From contig JAVECO010000204.1 of assembly GCA_051942205.1 (NCBI GenBank), forward strand, positions 1-38,526: DNA of 38,526 nt. The letters are read 5' to 3'. This stretch comes from Coniocarpon cinnabarinum. Taxonomy: Eukaryota. This document shows, one piece after another, positions 29,688 through 38,526 of this stretch; position 1 is the stretch's first letter; every line of letters starts with the position of its first letter. The translations under genes and the position numbers were made by a program. Below the pieces are notes generated by a model, which did not search any database, had not been told where the DNA came from, and saw nothing but the letters and a program-made list of their open reading frames with translations.

Positions 29688-32612
29688 TTAAATAGCGTAA
29701 AGTCGTATGCTCTCTGAAATGGACTTATGGCAGTAAGGGCAGTCGTCGAGCTTCCTCGCACAGTCGAGACACGCGCACATGTGTCCACATGGATAGAAAA
29801 CGGCATCTCGCTCTTGCTCGTAGCAGACAAGACAACCTTTCAAAGTCTCCGCCTTCGTGCCTGTCACTGTGAACTCGCCAAATGGTCTTCCGTTCTTGAA
29901 GCCGCCATGGTAGACATGGCCAGTCGCAGATGTGGTACGTGTGCCACTGCCGTGGGGTTTGTCGTTTTCCCAGTCACCTTCGTAGATGTCTCCGTTTTGG
30001 TAAACCTGCTGCCCTCGCCCTTGTCTATCATCCCGAACAAAGTCACCCTCAAATGCGTCCCCGTTTTTGAAAATTCGTCGGCCTTTGCCGTGCATGTAAC
30101 CGTGGTGGAGAGTGCCGCGATAGTAGCCAGAAGCGAAGTAATCGAGCTCGCGAATCTCATCGCTCATCTGTTCGTCTTCATCTCCATCTAGCGCCATCTC
30201 AGTAGATTCCTCAGGCGTGGCTTGTGCTTGCTTGTCTTCGCCAGCGCTAGCCCCGTCTTGCTCGGCTTGCTTTTCGTTTTGAGTATTTGACTCCTCAGAA
30301 ACCGATGCATCATTTGCTGTCGCATCGGTCTGCCCGTCCGGGTTCTCACTGGTCGGCTCAGTGTTTTCGGCACCGTTTTCAGTCTCTTTATTCTCTTCAT
30401 TTGCTGCTTCCTGAGTCTCGCCCCGCTCCTCACGACAGCTTGCGCAGTTACATTGCTCCGCTTTTGGTCTCTCTTCTTCTTTCTGAAGGGTTTCAGGCAC
30501 GACCCAATCGTTTTCAGGATAACCTTTGAACGGATCAGCGCTGTTGTGGTGAGCGTTGTGCAACATATCTGTTCGCAAATAAACAGCGACGTAAGCACGA
30601 GCCTCGTTGTCGCTGATCGCCTGCTTGTCTGTAATCCGATTGATTCGTGAAGAACGATGCGTTTGAATTCTGTACCAGTTGCGACCATCCGGACGGATGA
30701 TGGGCGTGAACTGTCGTGACGCAAGATTGCCATCGTGAAGTATGAGAGCGTACAAAGTGTACCAGCCAGACTCGTCCTTAGACAGCCTTAGCGCATTCGC
30801 GAGGCCTATCTTGTCATCCGTCTTCTTCCACTTGCGACTCTCTTCGTCAAATGTGCAGCGTGGAAGTTCAACTTGAATCAGGGGTGGAAACGAACGCTGG
30901 CCACTAGTCATGGCTCTGTGAAATAGGCTTGACTGAATGTCTTTAGATTTAGACGACAGCCTTGCTCTGAATCCGTTCGGATCGAAAAGCTTCTGCAAAG
31001 CCCCAGCCATTTCAGTGCCACGCCACTCTGTGTCGAGGATATCGAGCATGAATTCCCAGATCTGGAACATATCGAAGTCCTGCATGCCTCGGCCTGCTGG
31101 ATGCCAAAACTTGCGCCGAGAGACTTTGTCAGAGTCAGGGGAAATTTCGGATGTACCATGCACATGAGAAGCATCTTTACAGGTTTTTGGCGACACGCAG
31201 CTACCATGCCAATGCAATGCTGAAGCAACTTGCCTCAAAGGGGCTGGCATTATCGGAGGCGAATCGAATTCCTCTGGCGGCTGGCGACGCCAATGAGCAA
31301 GGAACTCCTGTAAGGCTTTGGTGAGAGGCATCTTGGAAAGATCATACTTGGATCCTCGATAAATCAGAGACCGCATCATGGGGAGCAACGCCCATGTCGC
31401 AACAGCAGCTGCCAAGTTGGAGGCTGGGCCTCGAGAGTCTTGTGGGACATTGACAGGCCGTAAGCCTGTTCTGGCAAAGTCCCGACGATAGTCGTAATCT
31501 TCCTTGACGAACAAGAATCCAGTGTGGTCTTTGAAAACCCTCACGTAGGCAATGAAAGCAAGTGTGTCATTGCGAAGCATCGCCTGTCGTGTGTCTGGGG
31601 CTCGAAGACCTAAGTCGTAAATTGGGGAAGAGCCCACGCGTGAAAAGCCACGATCAGGATCATTTGGCGTGAATGCGTGATTGGACTTCTTGTGCCAGTG
31701 GACTCGGGGTTCCTGAGGATTGTACATCATGATCATGATCTGAGCTGGCACCTGAAGAGGTTTACGAATGGGTGCATTCCCGATAGTGGGCATTGGCGAA
31801 TCCAGTATCTCACTAGTAAAACGTTCCTTTTTGGCAGGCTCCTTGTCTGCCTCAAATCCCTTATCGGACGGTGATTCAGTGCCCTTGTCGACAAAATCAA
31901 CCAGTTCCACATAGGCTGCAACGTGACTAGTGCCATTGCCCTTTGGGTATAACTTGATCCGCCAGTGATGGTCGCCAATCTTGACGGTGTTCGAGTAACG
32001 TAGAAGCTCTTTGCTGGGCTTTTCCTGTGTGCCATTAAAACGCTCCACCGTCCACTCTATGCGACCCGAGGCTACTGGTTCATATGCGGGGTCGTCGAGG
32101 TCCTTGTATACTCTGCCTTCCCAATGCTTACTGTCCAGTGCAGATAATTCGCCCGCGCTCTCTAATCTTTTGAGCTCATCGATGCCCGGGGAGGAGGTGT
32201 CTTCAAAAATCTGCACCCAATGAAAGTCGTCGTCAGGCTCCTTCTTTTGCTCGGCACCGTCTGCTGCTTGTGGTGCTGGAGGTGCACTGTCTGGAGAGTC
32301 TCCTGATGGCTGCTGAGAGGCGGCTTCAGGATTGGAGGGTTGAGTGGGAGGAGGATCAGGTAAAACGGGAGCATCCGGCATCGACTCATCCCCGCCTTCG
32401 TCGGCATTTCGACCGCCTTGAGCACGTACACGGTGGAGCTCAACGTCAGGATCTGAGCCGCCAGATATGATAGAGCTGCCATTGGAGGTGACTCGGACGA
32501 GGTTCTCCTGATCCGGCAGGTCGGGCATGGGACTGTCACCTCTGTCAAGATCATGGGCCACCTGAGGCGGAACGAGGCCGGCGTTAGTCCAGCTGGCAGC
32601 CTCGACCTCCAT
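29688..32612 (-). CDS. MATH + degenerate USP/UCH-like + MORN repeats + C-terminal RING (putative E3 ligase), 974 aa
   Basis: MATH: IEWTVERF..GDHHWRIKLYPKGN..DRGF. USP-like remnants: DMFQIWEFMLD, PPLIQVELPR, YTLYALILHDG. Four MORN units (YRG..HGKG, FEGDF..QGRG, YEGDW..HGSG, YHGGF..FGEF). RING: CLVC..PCGH.CAC..C..CPYC. Confidence 0.88.
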   Translation of the reverse strand: MEVEAASWTNAGLVPPQVAHDLDRGDSPMPDLPDQENLVRVTSNGSSIISGGSDPDVELHRVRAQGGRNADEGGDESMPDAPVLPDPPPTQPSNPEAASQQPSGDSPDSAPPAPQAADGAEQKKEPDDDFHWVQIFEDTSSPGIDELKRLESAGELSALDSKHWEGRVYKDLDDPAYEPVASGRIEWTVERFNGTQEKPSKELLRYSNTVKIGDHHWRIKLYPKGNGTSHVAAYVELVDFVDKGTESPSDKGFEADKEPAKKERFTSEILDSPMPTIGNAPIRKPLQVPAQIMIMMYNPQEPRVHWHKKSNHAFTPNDPDRGFSRVGSSPIYDLGLRAPDTRQAMLRNDTLAFIAYVRVFKDHTGFLFVKEDYDYRRDFARTGLRPVNVPQDSRGPASNLAAAVATWALLPMMRSLIYRGSKYDLSKMPLTKALQEFLAHWRRQPPEEFDSPPIMPAPLRQVASALHWHGSCVSPKTCKDASHVHGTSEISPDSDKVSRRKFWHPAGRGMQDFDMFQIWEFMLDILDTEWRGTEMAGALQKLFDPNGFRARLSSKSKDIQSSLFHRAMTSGQRSFPPLIQVELPRCTFDEESRKWKKTDDKIGLANALRLSKDESGWYTLYALILHDGNLASRQFTPIIRPDGRNWYRIQTHRSSRINRITDKQAISDNEARAYVAVYLRTDMLHNAHHNSADPFKGYPENDWVVPETLQKEEERPKAEQCNCASCREERGETQEAANEENKETENGAENTEPTSENPDGQTDATANDASVSEESNTQNEKQAEQDGASAGEDKQAQATPEESTEMALDGDEDEQMSDEIRELDYFASGYYRGTLHHGYMHGKGRRIFKNGDAFEGDFVRDDRQGRGQQVYQNGDIYEGDWENDKPHGSGTRTTSATGHVYHGGFKNGRPFGEFTVTGTKAETLKGCLVCYEQERDAVFYPCGHMCACLDCARKLDDCPYCHKSISESIRLYAI

Positions 32613-33403
32613 GGTGGCTCAAGAATGGGTGGCCGATCAGGTTGCTGCGGGAAAAGCTTGATGTCTCAAGATAGAGCAGGAAAGACTCCTAGAGAGCACG
32701 CTGGGGGCACTGCTTGTTTAAAGAGACGGCTTATCGAAAGTGGCCATGTGGTCAAGCCGAGCTGCGGGGCGATTTCGTAGAGTAGTGCTGAGGTGCGGAG
32801 GGCAAGAAAGAAGCGGGGATGGAAGGCAAGTTAGAGAGGATCGTAGGGCTTTTGAAGGGCAAGAGGCTGAGAGAAAGCAGGCAACATTGTGGACCGGGAT
32901 GGAGGGTGACTGAGGAAGAGTACAAGTTGAGGTCAAGGCAGCGAGCCAGAAGCTTGATAGATTAGCTTGCCGCGCTAGTCTGGTTTGGGGGCGGTGCATC
33001 TGCAGACTGCAGCAGGGTGTGCACGGGCCCCCGTCAAGAAACAGCCCAAATGTCACACATGTCAGAGAAACGTCCTATTGCCGCCACCGGCGTAGTGCCT
33101 GAGCACTTCTGACTTCCGACAGCAACGGTACTATGTCGGTGACGGTCAGACTCCACGTTGCTTGAACGCATGTCAAAGTCTGAAAAAACGTCCATCTCCA
33201 CCGCCACTTGGTCTGCTGAGCTGGCCAAGCGGCGATCTGCAGGCAGCGGACGAACGCGGTCGGGGACGTGCATGGTGGCTTTGCGGCCTTGCGAACGACA
33301 TCTCCACTGTCTGACATTACAAGCCTCCACACGATCGGCGGGGCTCTGAGAACTGTGTTTGCAATGCTTGCCACGTGATTCCGACGGCGAACATACTGCC
33401 AAC

Positions 33404-34906
33404 ATGTCTAGTCTATACAATTTGGAACCGAATCCGACGGCCAAAGTCATTCTGAAGACCACGGCGGGCGACATCCTCCTGGAGCTGTTTGCCAATCAGA
33501 CACCTCTGACCAGCAGGAATTTCCTGCAACTGTGCCTCGATGGCTACTACGACAACACCATATTCCATCGGCTGGTGCCAGACTTCATTGTCCAGGGCGG
33601 CGATCCAACAGGAACCGGCTCTGGCGGTCAGAGCAGCTACGATGGAGGCGCTCCTTTTGCGGACGAGTTCCACAGCAGGCTCAGGTTCAATCGACGAGGT
33701 CTTCTCGGTATGGCTAACTCTGGCTCCAAGGACGACAATGGGAGTCAATTCTTTCTCACCCTTGGCAAGGCGGAGGAGTTGAACGGGAGGAATACCATGT
33801 TCGGCCGCATTGAAGGGAACACGATATACAATCTTGTCAGGATAGGTGAGGGTGAGCTCGTGGAGGGCGAAGACAGTGACCGGCCGATGTATCCCACTAA
33901 GATTGTCGAGACCGATATTCTAGTCAATCCGTTCGAAGACATGATAAAAAGAACGCAGGTTGCGCATGCATCAAAGCCGCTTGTGAGCGAGGCTAAGAAG
34001 AAGCCAAAGAAAAAGGCTGCGAAGCAAATGCTCAGTTTTGGCGGAGACGAGGATGCTGGCAGCGATGACGATTTTGTCAAGGTCCCCAAGTACAACACGA
34101 AGCTCGTTCAAGCCGCACCGGAGAAAGCGAAGCATGTTGAGCAAGCGTCTTCACTGCCCAAACCTTTGAAACGGCCACCCCAACAAAAGGACGAATCGGG
34201 CGGTGCTGGACCAAGAAGAACGACCCTCGAGACAAAGCGAGACACGTCGGTGCAAGAAATGCCACCTCGATCGCGAGAGATTTCATCCTCGTCTTCATCA
34301 CCTGAGCCTGAAGCGGATGATCAAACAACCAGGCTCGCCAAGACAAACGCCCAAATTGCAGACCTGAAGCAGTCGCTAAAGCGAGAGGTAGTAGCGCCCG
34401 CGAAGGATAACGCCAAGCGCCAAAAGACTGACCTTGATTCGATGATGCCAATGGGCGCAAAGCGTGGCGTCAAGCGTCTGAAGCCTGGCAGCAAAGAAGA
34501 GCAAAACCAGTTGAGTGCCTTTGCTGCTTTTCAGAGCCAGCTTGGAGGTGCTATTCCAAAGGTCGCCACGAATGGCACAGAGAAGAGCCCAGCTCCGCAT
34601 CGGCGCAACGGTGAGGTGCAAGCCGATGACCAAAAGTCATCAGAGATTGTAGGCGAAGAAGAACTCTGTGATTTGCATTTTGTTCCAAACTGTCAGTCTT
34701 GCAAGCGTTGGGAAGAAGCCGAAGAGCAAGGTGATGACGATGATCTGACGGCTGAGGGGCTGATGGGTCATACGTTGACTTTTGCCAAAGACCGACTGGG
34801 CAAAAGTCTAGAGTGGAAACGCCAGAACGAGAAAGAGCTCGTGGTGATAGATCCGCGAGAGAAGGAGAGGGAGATCCTCAAGTCAAAGAAGAGAGCAAAA
34901 GCTTAA
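33404..34906 (+). CDS. CWC27: Spliceosome-associated cyclophilin Cwc27, 500 aa
   Basis: MSSLYNLEPNPTAKV, RNFLQLCLDGYYDNTIFHRLVPDFIVQGGDPTGTG, EFHSRLRFNRRGLLGMAN, QFFLTL and ETDILVNPFEDM. The tail has LSFG, CDLHF..CQSC, H.LTF and LVVIDPR. Confidence 0.95.
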   Translation: MSSLYNLEPNPTAKVILKTTAGDILLELFANQTPLTSRNFLQLCLDGYYDNTIFHRLVPDFIVQGGDPTGTGSGGQSSYDGGAPFADEFHSRLRFNRRGLLGMANSGSKDDNGSQFFLTLGKAEELNGRNTMFGRIEGNTIYNLVRIGEGELVEGEDSDRPMYPTKIVETDILVNPFEDMIKRTQVAHASKPLVSEAKKKPKKKAAKQMLSFGGDEDAGSDDDFVKVPKYNTKLVQAAPEKAKHVEQASSLPKPLKRPPQQKDESGGAGPRRTTLETKRDTSVQEMPPRSREISSSSSSPEPEADDQTTRLAKTNAQIADLKQSLKREVVAPAKDNAKRQKTDLDSMMPMGAKRGVKRLKPGSKEEQNQLSAFAAFQSQLGGAIPKVATNGTEKSPAPHRRNGEVQADDQKSSEIVGEEELCDLHFVPNCQSCKRWEEAEEQGDDDDLTAEGLMGHTLTFAKDRLGKSLEWKRQNEKELVVIDPREKEREILKSKKRAKA

Positions 34907-34984
34907 ACAGATCGATGATTGCTGCAACAGTCTTCAAGCTCGCATCTACGCTCGAGATGGCCCAAGTGAGGTATGTTCGGAGCA

Positions 34985-35887
34985 TCATCCACGTGTACGC
35001 CATATCGTCTGTCGAGAGCCCTCTGCATGCTCCGGCTTGACGTGTCCCGGCAGGATCTCCCTCAGCATGTCATCCACGCCTTTGCCAGCTTCTCGAGCCA
35101 GCCTCCATTGGCGAGGGTAGCCCAAGCTGCATTCCTCAAATCTGGTGCCCTCAATCCAATCTGTTCGCCGGACATGCAAGTGACCTGTTGCTACGACGAC
35201 CGCATTCCACTTCTTATGCCACTCCTCGGTTTTGGTGGTGCCACACCACGGCGTGAACCTTGGTACGAGGGGAATTGTGATGAGCTCCTCCTTCAACGGC
35301 CAGTGATTGACGATGACAGTGGGCACATCAGGCCATTTTTGCTTGGCTTCCTCAAATTTACGTTCAAACTTCTGGACAAGAGATGCACACCACGCGTCAC
35401 GGCTTTCGTGCGGCTCGTAATGCAGCACATGTTCATCTGTCGCCTCGACATTTTCCTCTTTGGCCCAATCGAGCACGTCTTCCCGCCTGACGTCTGTGGG
35501 TCTGAAGCTATAATCATACAGGGTGAAACATAATGCAATCACGGCTGGCCCGCCATCGCCCTCCCACAGCTCCCACTCATCCTCGGGCGTCCGGACACCG
35601 TACTCTCGCGCGATTTTGACGCAGAAATGATATTTTGCCTCGCCACGGGGACCCGCCTTGTTAGCGGGCATCGTGTACAGCTCATGGTTGCCTGGCACCC
35701 AGTAGACACGATAAAAGTTGTCTGCAGCAAGCGAGAAGGCCAGACGAAGGTGGTCTTCACTTTCACCGACGTCGCCGGCTAAGATGAGAGAGTCTTCGGG
35801 CTGATAGCCCAATTTCGACCATTCTTCTCGATTCAATGGATGGCCCAGATGAATATCGGCAATGGCGAAGAGTTTAGGCATTGACAT
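34985..35887 (-). CDS. Calcineurin-like metallophosphoesterase, PptH/Rv2795c-like, about 300 aa, intronless
   Basis: All metal-binding motifs present: ADIH, AGDV, PGNHE, NH.P, GHLH. Family-specific blocks LYDYSF, ATDE..L, RDAWC, WCGTTKT..WH and RFEE.SLGYPR.W. Start at ATG 35887 or 35881. Confidence 0.92.
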   Translation of the reverse strand: MSMPKLFAIADIHLGHPLNREEWSKLGYQPEDSLILAGDVGESEDHLRLAFSLAADNFYRVYWVPGNHELYTMPANKAGPRGEAKYHFCVKIAREYGVRTPEDEWELWEGDGGPAVIALCFTLYDYSFRPTDVRREDVLDWAKEENVEATDEHVLHYEPHESRDAWCASLVQKFERKFEEAKQKWPDVPTVIVNHWPLKEELITIPLVPRFTPWCGTTKTEEWHKKWNAVVVATGHLHVRRTDWIEGTRFEECSLGYPRQWRLAREAGKGVDDMLREILPGHVKPEHAEGSRQTIWRTRG

Positions 35888-36095
35888 ATGAATCGATTGA
35901 GCTTGGCGTGGGTACGTTGGGCATTCGCATGGGCCTCTCTCACAAGCACAAGACAGGGGTGTTGCTAGACTTCGGAACTGGTTCGATCTTGTGCCTATTT
36001 CGAGCACCGTGGAAGGAAGACAATGGAATTCCCCGGTGGTGAAACGCCGCGGCATGTGATGTGGGCTGAAGTGCGAGTCAGCTCCGTCGGTCGAG

Positions 36096-36105
36096 GTCAC
36101 GTGAT
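36096..36105. promoter_or_regulatory. GTCACGTGAT bHLH (Cbf1-type) E-box in the divergent phosphoesterase/transporter promoter
   Basis: Perfect RTCACGTGAY palindrome between head-to-head genes. Function is inferred from position only. Confidence 0.35.
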
Positions 36106-36476
36106 GCTCCGTACCCCAGATCTTGGCTCAGCCTTCTAAGGACCCGCATCAGTCAGCCGTCAACGTCGCCGAAAGTTTGACGCTATACACGCGTAGCCTG
36201 TTGCCCTGTACTTTGGTAGCCAGCAAACTTGCACGTCTGAGACCTTGGACACCGCGGGCAACACCCTTGCCTGTCGAAGGATCGAGCGGGCGTATCGACG
36301 CGGCATGAAGAGGATTCCATAGGCGGATCTCGGTCTCATGACTCGAGCGTAGCGTGGTGACAGTACGACCCAATTGCGTGCTCGCCACATTGCTACGACC
36401 GTGGACCAGCTGATTGCTGGACCCTGCGCCTGAGGGTTCTACGCCGTCACCCCGTTTACGCCTCTGCTCTTGTCCC

Positions 36477-38233
36477 ATGCCCGGCAGTCTTGACCTCAGC
36501 TCCTCCTCCTCTCCTGAAGCTGAGGGGCTTCTTGCTTCACAACCGCGCGAGTCCTCTGACGAGCCCGCCGACGAGGCCTCTACGCTCCATAGGTACAGGT
36601 CACGCGCTTCAACCACAGAGATGAAGGGAACTCTCCTGGGCGCGGTTCGCGCCTACTGGCTCGGCACAGTCGTCTGTATGGCAGGTTTTCTGTTTGGCTA
36701 CGACAGTGGCATCATTGGTGAGCGCGTCTTTCCCAAAACCTCTTGAGGCCGCGGCCGTGGAACTCATCATTGTGCCTAGGCGGCGTCCTCACCTTCAAAT
36801 CCTTCGACAACGACTACAACATTGCTCCTGCCACGCAGAAGACGCCTCTCAAGTCTGGTCAAACGAGCGCCAACCGCGCACAATCCCTATCCGTGTCCCT
36901 GCAATGTCTCGGCGCGTTCGTCGCATGTTTCTTCATCTGGCCCATCAACCGGCGCATTGGCCGCAAACCTTCCCTCATTCTTTCTTCGCTCGTCTTCTGT
37001 GTCGGCGTCATCATTCAGACTGTTTCTACGCATTCTCTGGCGGCATTCTATGTTGCTCGTGTCATTGCGGGCATTGGATTAGGTTCCGCTACCGTCGTGG
37101 TGCCGATGTACAGCTCAGAAATGACGCCGCGTGAGCTTCGTGGTCAGATCGGCTGCTTCTTCCAGCTGTTTTACACGTTGGGTATCTTTACGTCCTACTG
37201 GGTTGACTATGGAGTCAGCAAGAATCTCAAACCCAACGCCAGGCAATGGCAGATCCCCGTCGGCTTGCAGTTGCTCCCTGCTGGCCTCCTGGGCTTGGGC
37301 ATGTTCACGCTGCCCGAGTCACTCCGCTGGTATGTTGCCAAAGGCGACTATGACAAGGCTTGGAAGTCTCTGTGTTGGGTCCGTGCCTCATCTGGGCCCG
37401 ATGTCGAAGCTGAATGGGATGAGCTCAAAGCTGGAATCGCCCTTGAGCTGCGTGCCATGCAGGGTCTGACACTTGGCGAACTGCTGACCGGCAAGCCTTT
37501 GAAGCTTATGGTCGGCGCGTTTCTCGTCTTCATGGCTCAACAGGCGACGGGCGCTACGGCATTTGCCTACTACAGTACGCAGTACTTCAAAGCCATGGTC
37601 GGCGGCAGCGGGCAGCAATCCTTGCTACTTTCTGGCATCTTCGGCGCTGTCAAAGTTGTCGCCTGTGGATTTTTCGTTTTTGTCCTGTCTGAGCGAGTTG
37701 GCCGCCGCAAGCCGCTCATATTTGGTGCCATTGGCATGGCCATCACCATGATCATCGCCGCTGCAGTCGTCAAGACGCACCCACCACCTAATCAAAATCA
37801 TCCACAGGTCACATCGTCTGGCATTGCAACCGTGGCAATGATCTATCTGTTTGTGATCATTTACAACATGTCCTGGGGAGCCTTGCCATGGCCCTATGTG
37901 AGCGAAATCTTCCCCACGCGCTTGCGTGAACCGGGTGTGGGTGTGGGTGTTGCAAGTCAATGGCTTTGGGCCTTTGTCTTCACCGAAGCAACGCCGTACA
38001 TGATCAGCTCGATGAAATACGGTACATTCTTATTCTGGGGGTTTGCGAATGTTGTCATTGCAGCTGGGGCATACTTTCTCGTCAAGGAGACTGGACGCAA
38101 GAGTTTGGAGGAGATCAATGCCGAGGTGCTTGGAAAGCGTGGCGAGTTGGAGAGGGATGTTCAGGGAACTGAAAGTGGGAGTGGAAGCGGCAGCGATGTT
38201 GGTAGAGAGGGTGTGGTGGCAGGCAAGGTCTGA
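36477..38233 (+). CDS. MFS sugar-porter family transporter (quinate-permease-like), 564 aa; exons 36477-36717 and 36780-38233
   Basis: GFLFGYDSGIIG|GV, RRIGRK, RVIAGIGLG, PMYSSEM.P.ELRG, LPESLRW, QQATG, ERVGRRK, SEIFPTRLR and KETGRKSLEEI. Intron 36718-36779 (GTGAGC..ACTCAT..TAG). Confidence 0.95.
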
Positions 38234-38526
38234 AGGATTCTTGCCATGCGGAAGGCATACGTGACCGCCAAATGCATCTTGTGGGTATATGTGACGATAT
38301 AATGACATCTCCGTGTGGCGTCGAGCATCTCGAGTCCAGCAGAGCTCAGAACTCGAGCTCTTCGACCTCCAACCCACAACTCACGCATTTCTTCACACTC
38401 TCGCCCTCTGCATTCACAACAGATCGTCCCCATTCATGCTCATGTTTCTCGCCTAACCCTCCACTAATTCGATCTCCAAACTGCCCTCCATTCGCCTTCC
38501 CCCCGCCACTGCCTCCTCCCCCTATC

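Noticed and set aside
2880..33377. Enrichment of CACGTG E-boxes (e.g. 2882, 13360, 20932, 29205, 33372) as a shared regulon
   Set aside because: About nine are expected by chance in 38.5 kb, so no enrichment can be claimed.
35888..36100. N-terminal extension of the phosphoesterase given in the ORF track (371 aa)
   Set aside because: It starts at a non-ATG codon, and the family fold begins right after MSMP. This is probably promoter or UTR, although an in-frame ATG lies within it.
14585..38233. Secondary-metabolite or catabolic cluster formed by the sulfatase, MTase, phosphoesterase and transporter
   Set aside because: There is no backbone enzyme or pathway-specific regulator, and housekeeping genes separate these loci.

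Overview
Compact, intron-containing eukaryotic DNA from a filamentous ascomycete (Pezizomycotina; the class cannot be fixed from sequence alone). The introns are short GT-AG introns with CTRAY-type branch sites. I can support 18 protein-coding genes, all assembled by hand into frame-consistent exon models. Core genes: alpha-tubulin, Pga1-like GPI factor, HSF1, PHO88/SND3, NOP2, striatin (STRIPAK) and CWC27. Other genes: a secreted CAP/PRY protein, an SDR, an aldo-keto reductase, a signal-peptide-less CxPxR arylsulfatase, a Myb-like nuclear protein, a HET-domain protein, a SAM methyltransferase, a MATH/pseudo-USP/MORN/RING protein, a metallophosphoesterase, an MFS sugar porter and a small F-box-like protein. 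I see no rRNA, tRNA, transposon or CRISPR. Most interesting: (1) a 112-aa protein (8133-8471) made almost entirely of two tandem F-box-like repeats, only 194 bp behind PGA1; (2) an intronless metallophosphoesterase that closely resembles mycobacterial PptH (phosphopantetheinyl carrier-protein hydrolase); (3) a striatin gene with an in-frame MAWT* uORF upstream and a long in-frame open extension after its TAG; (4) an apparently catalytically dead USP-like domain fused to a RING; (5) an uncharacterised Myb-like protein with six full CDK sites. Family calls come from motif recognition and memory, not database searches.
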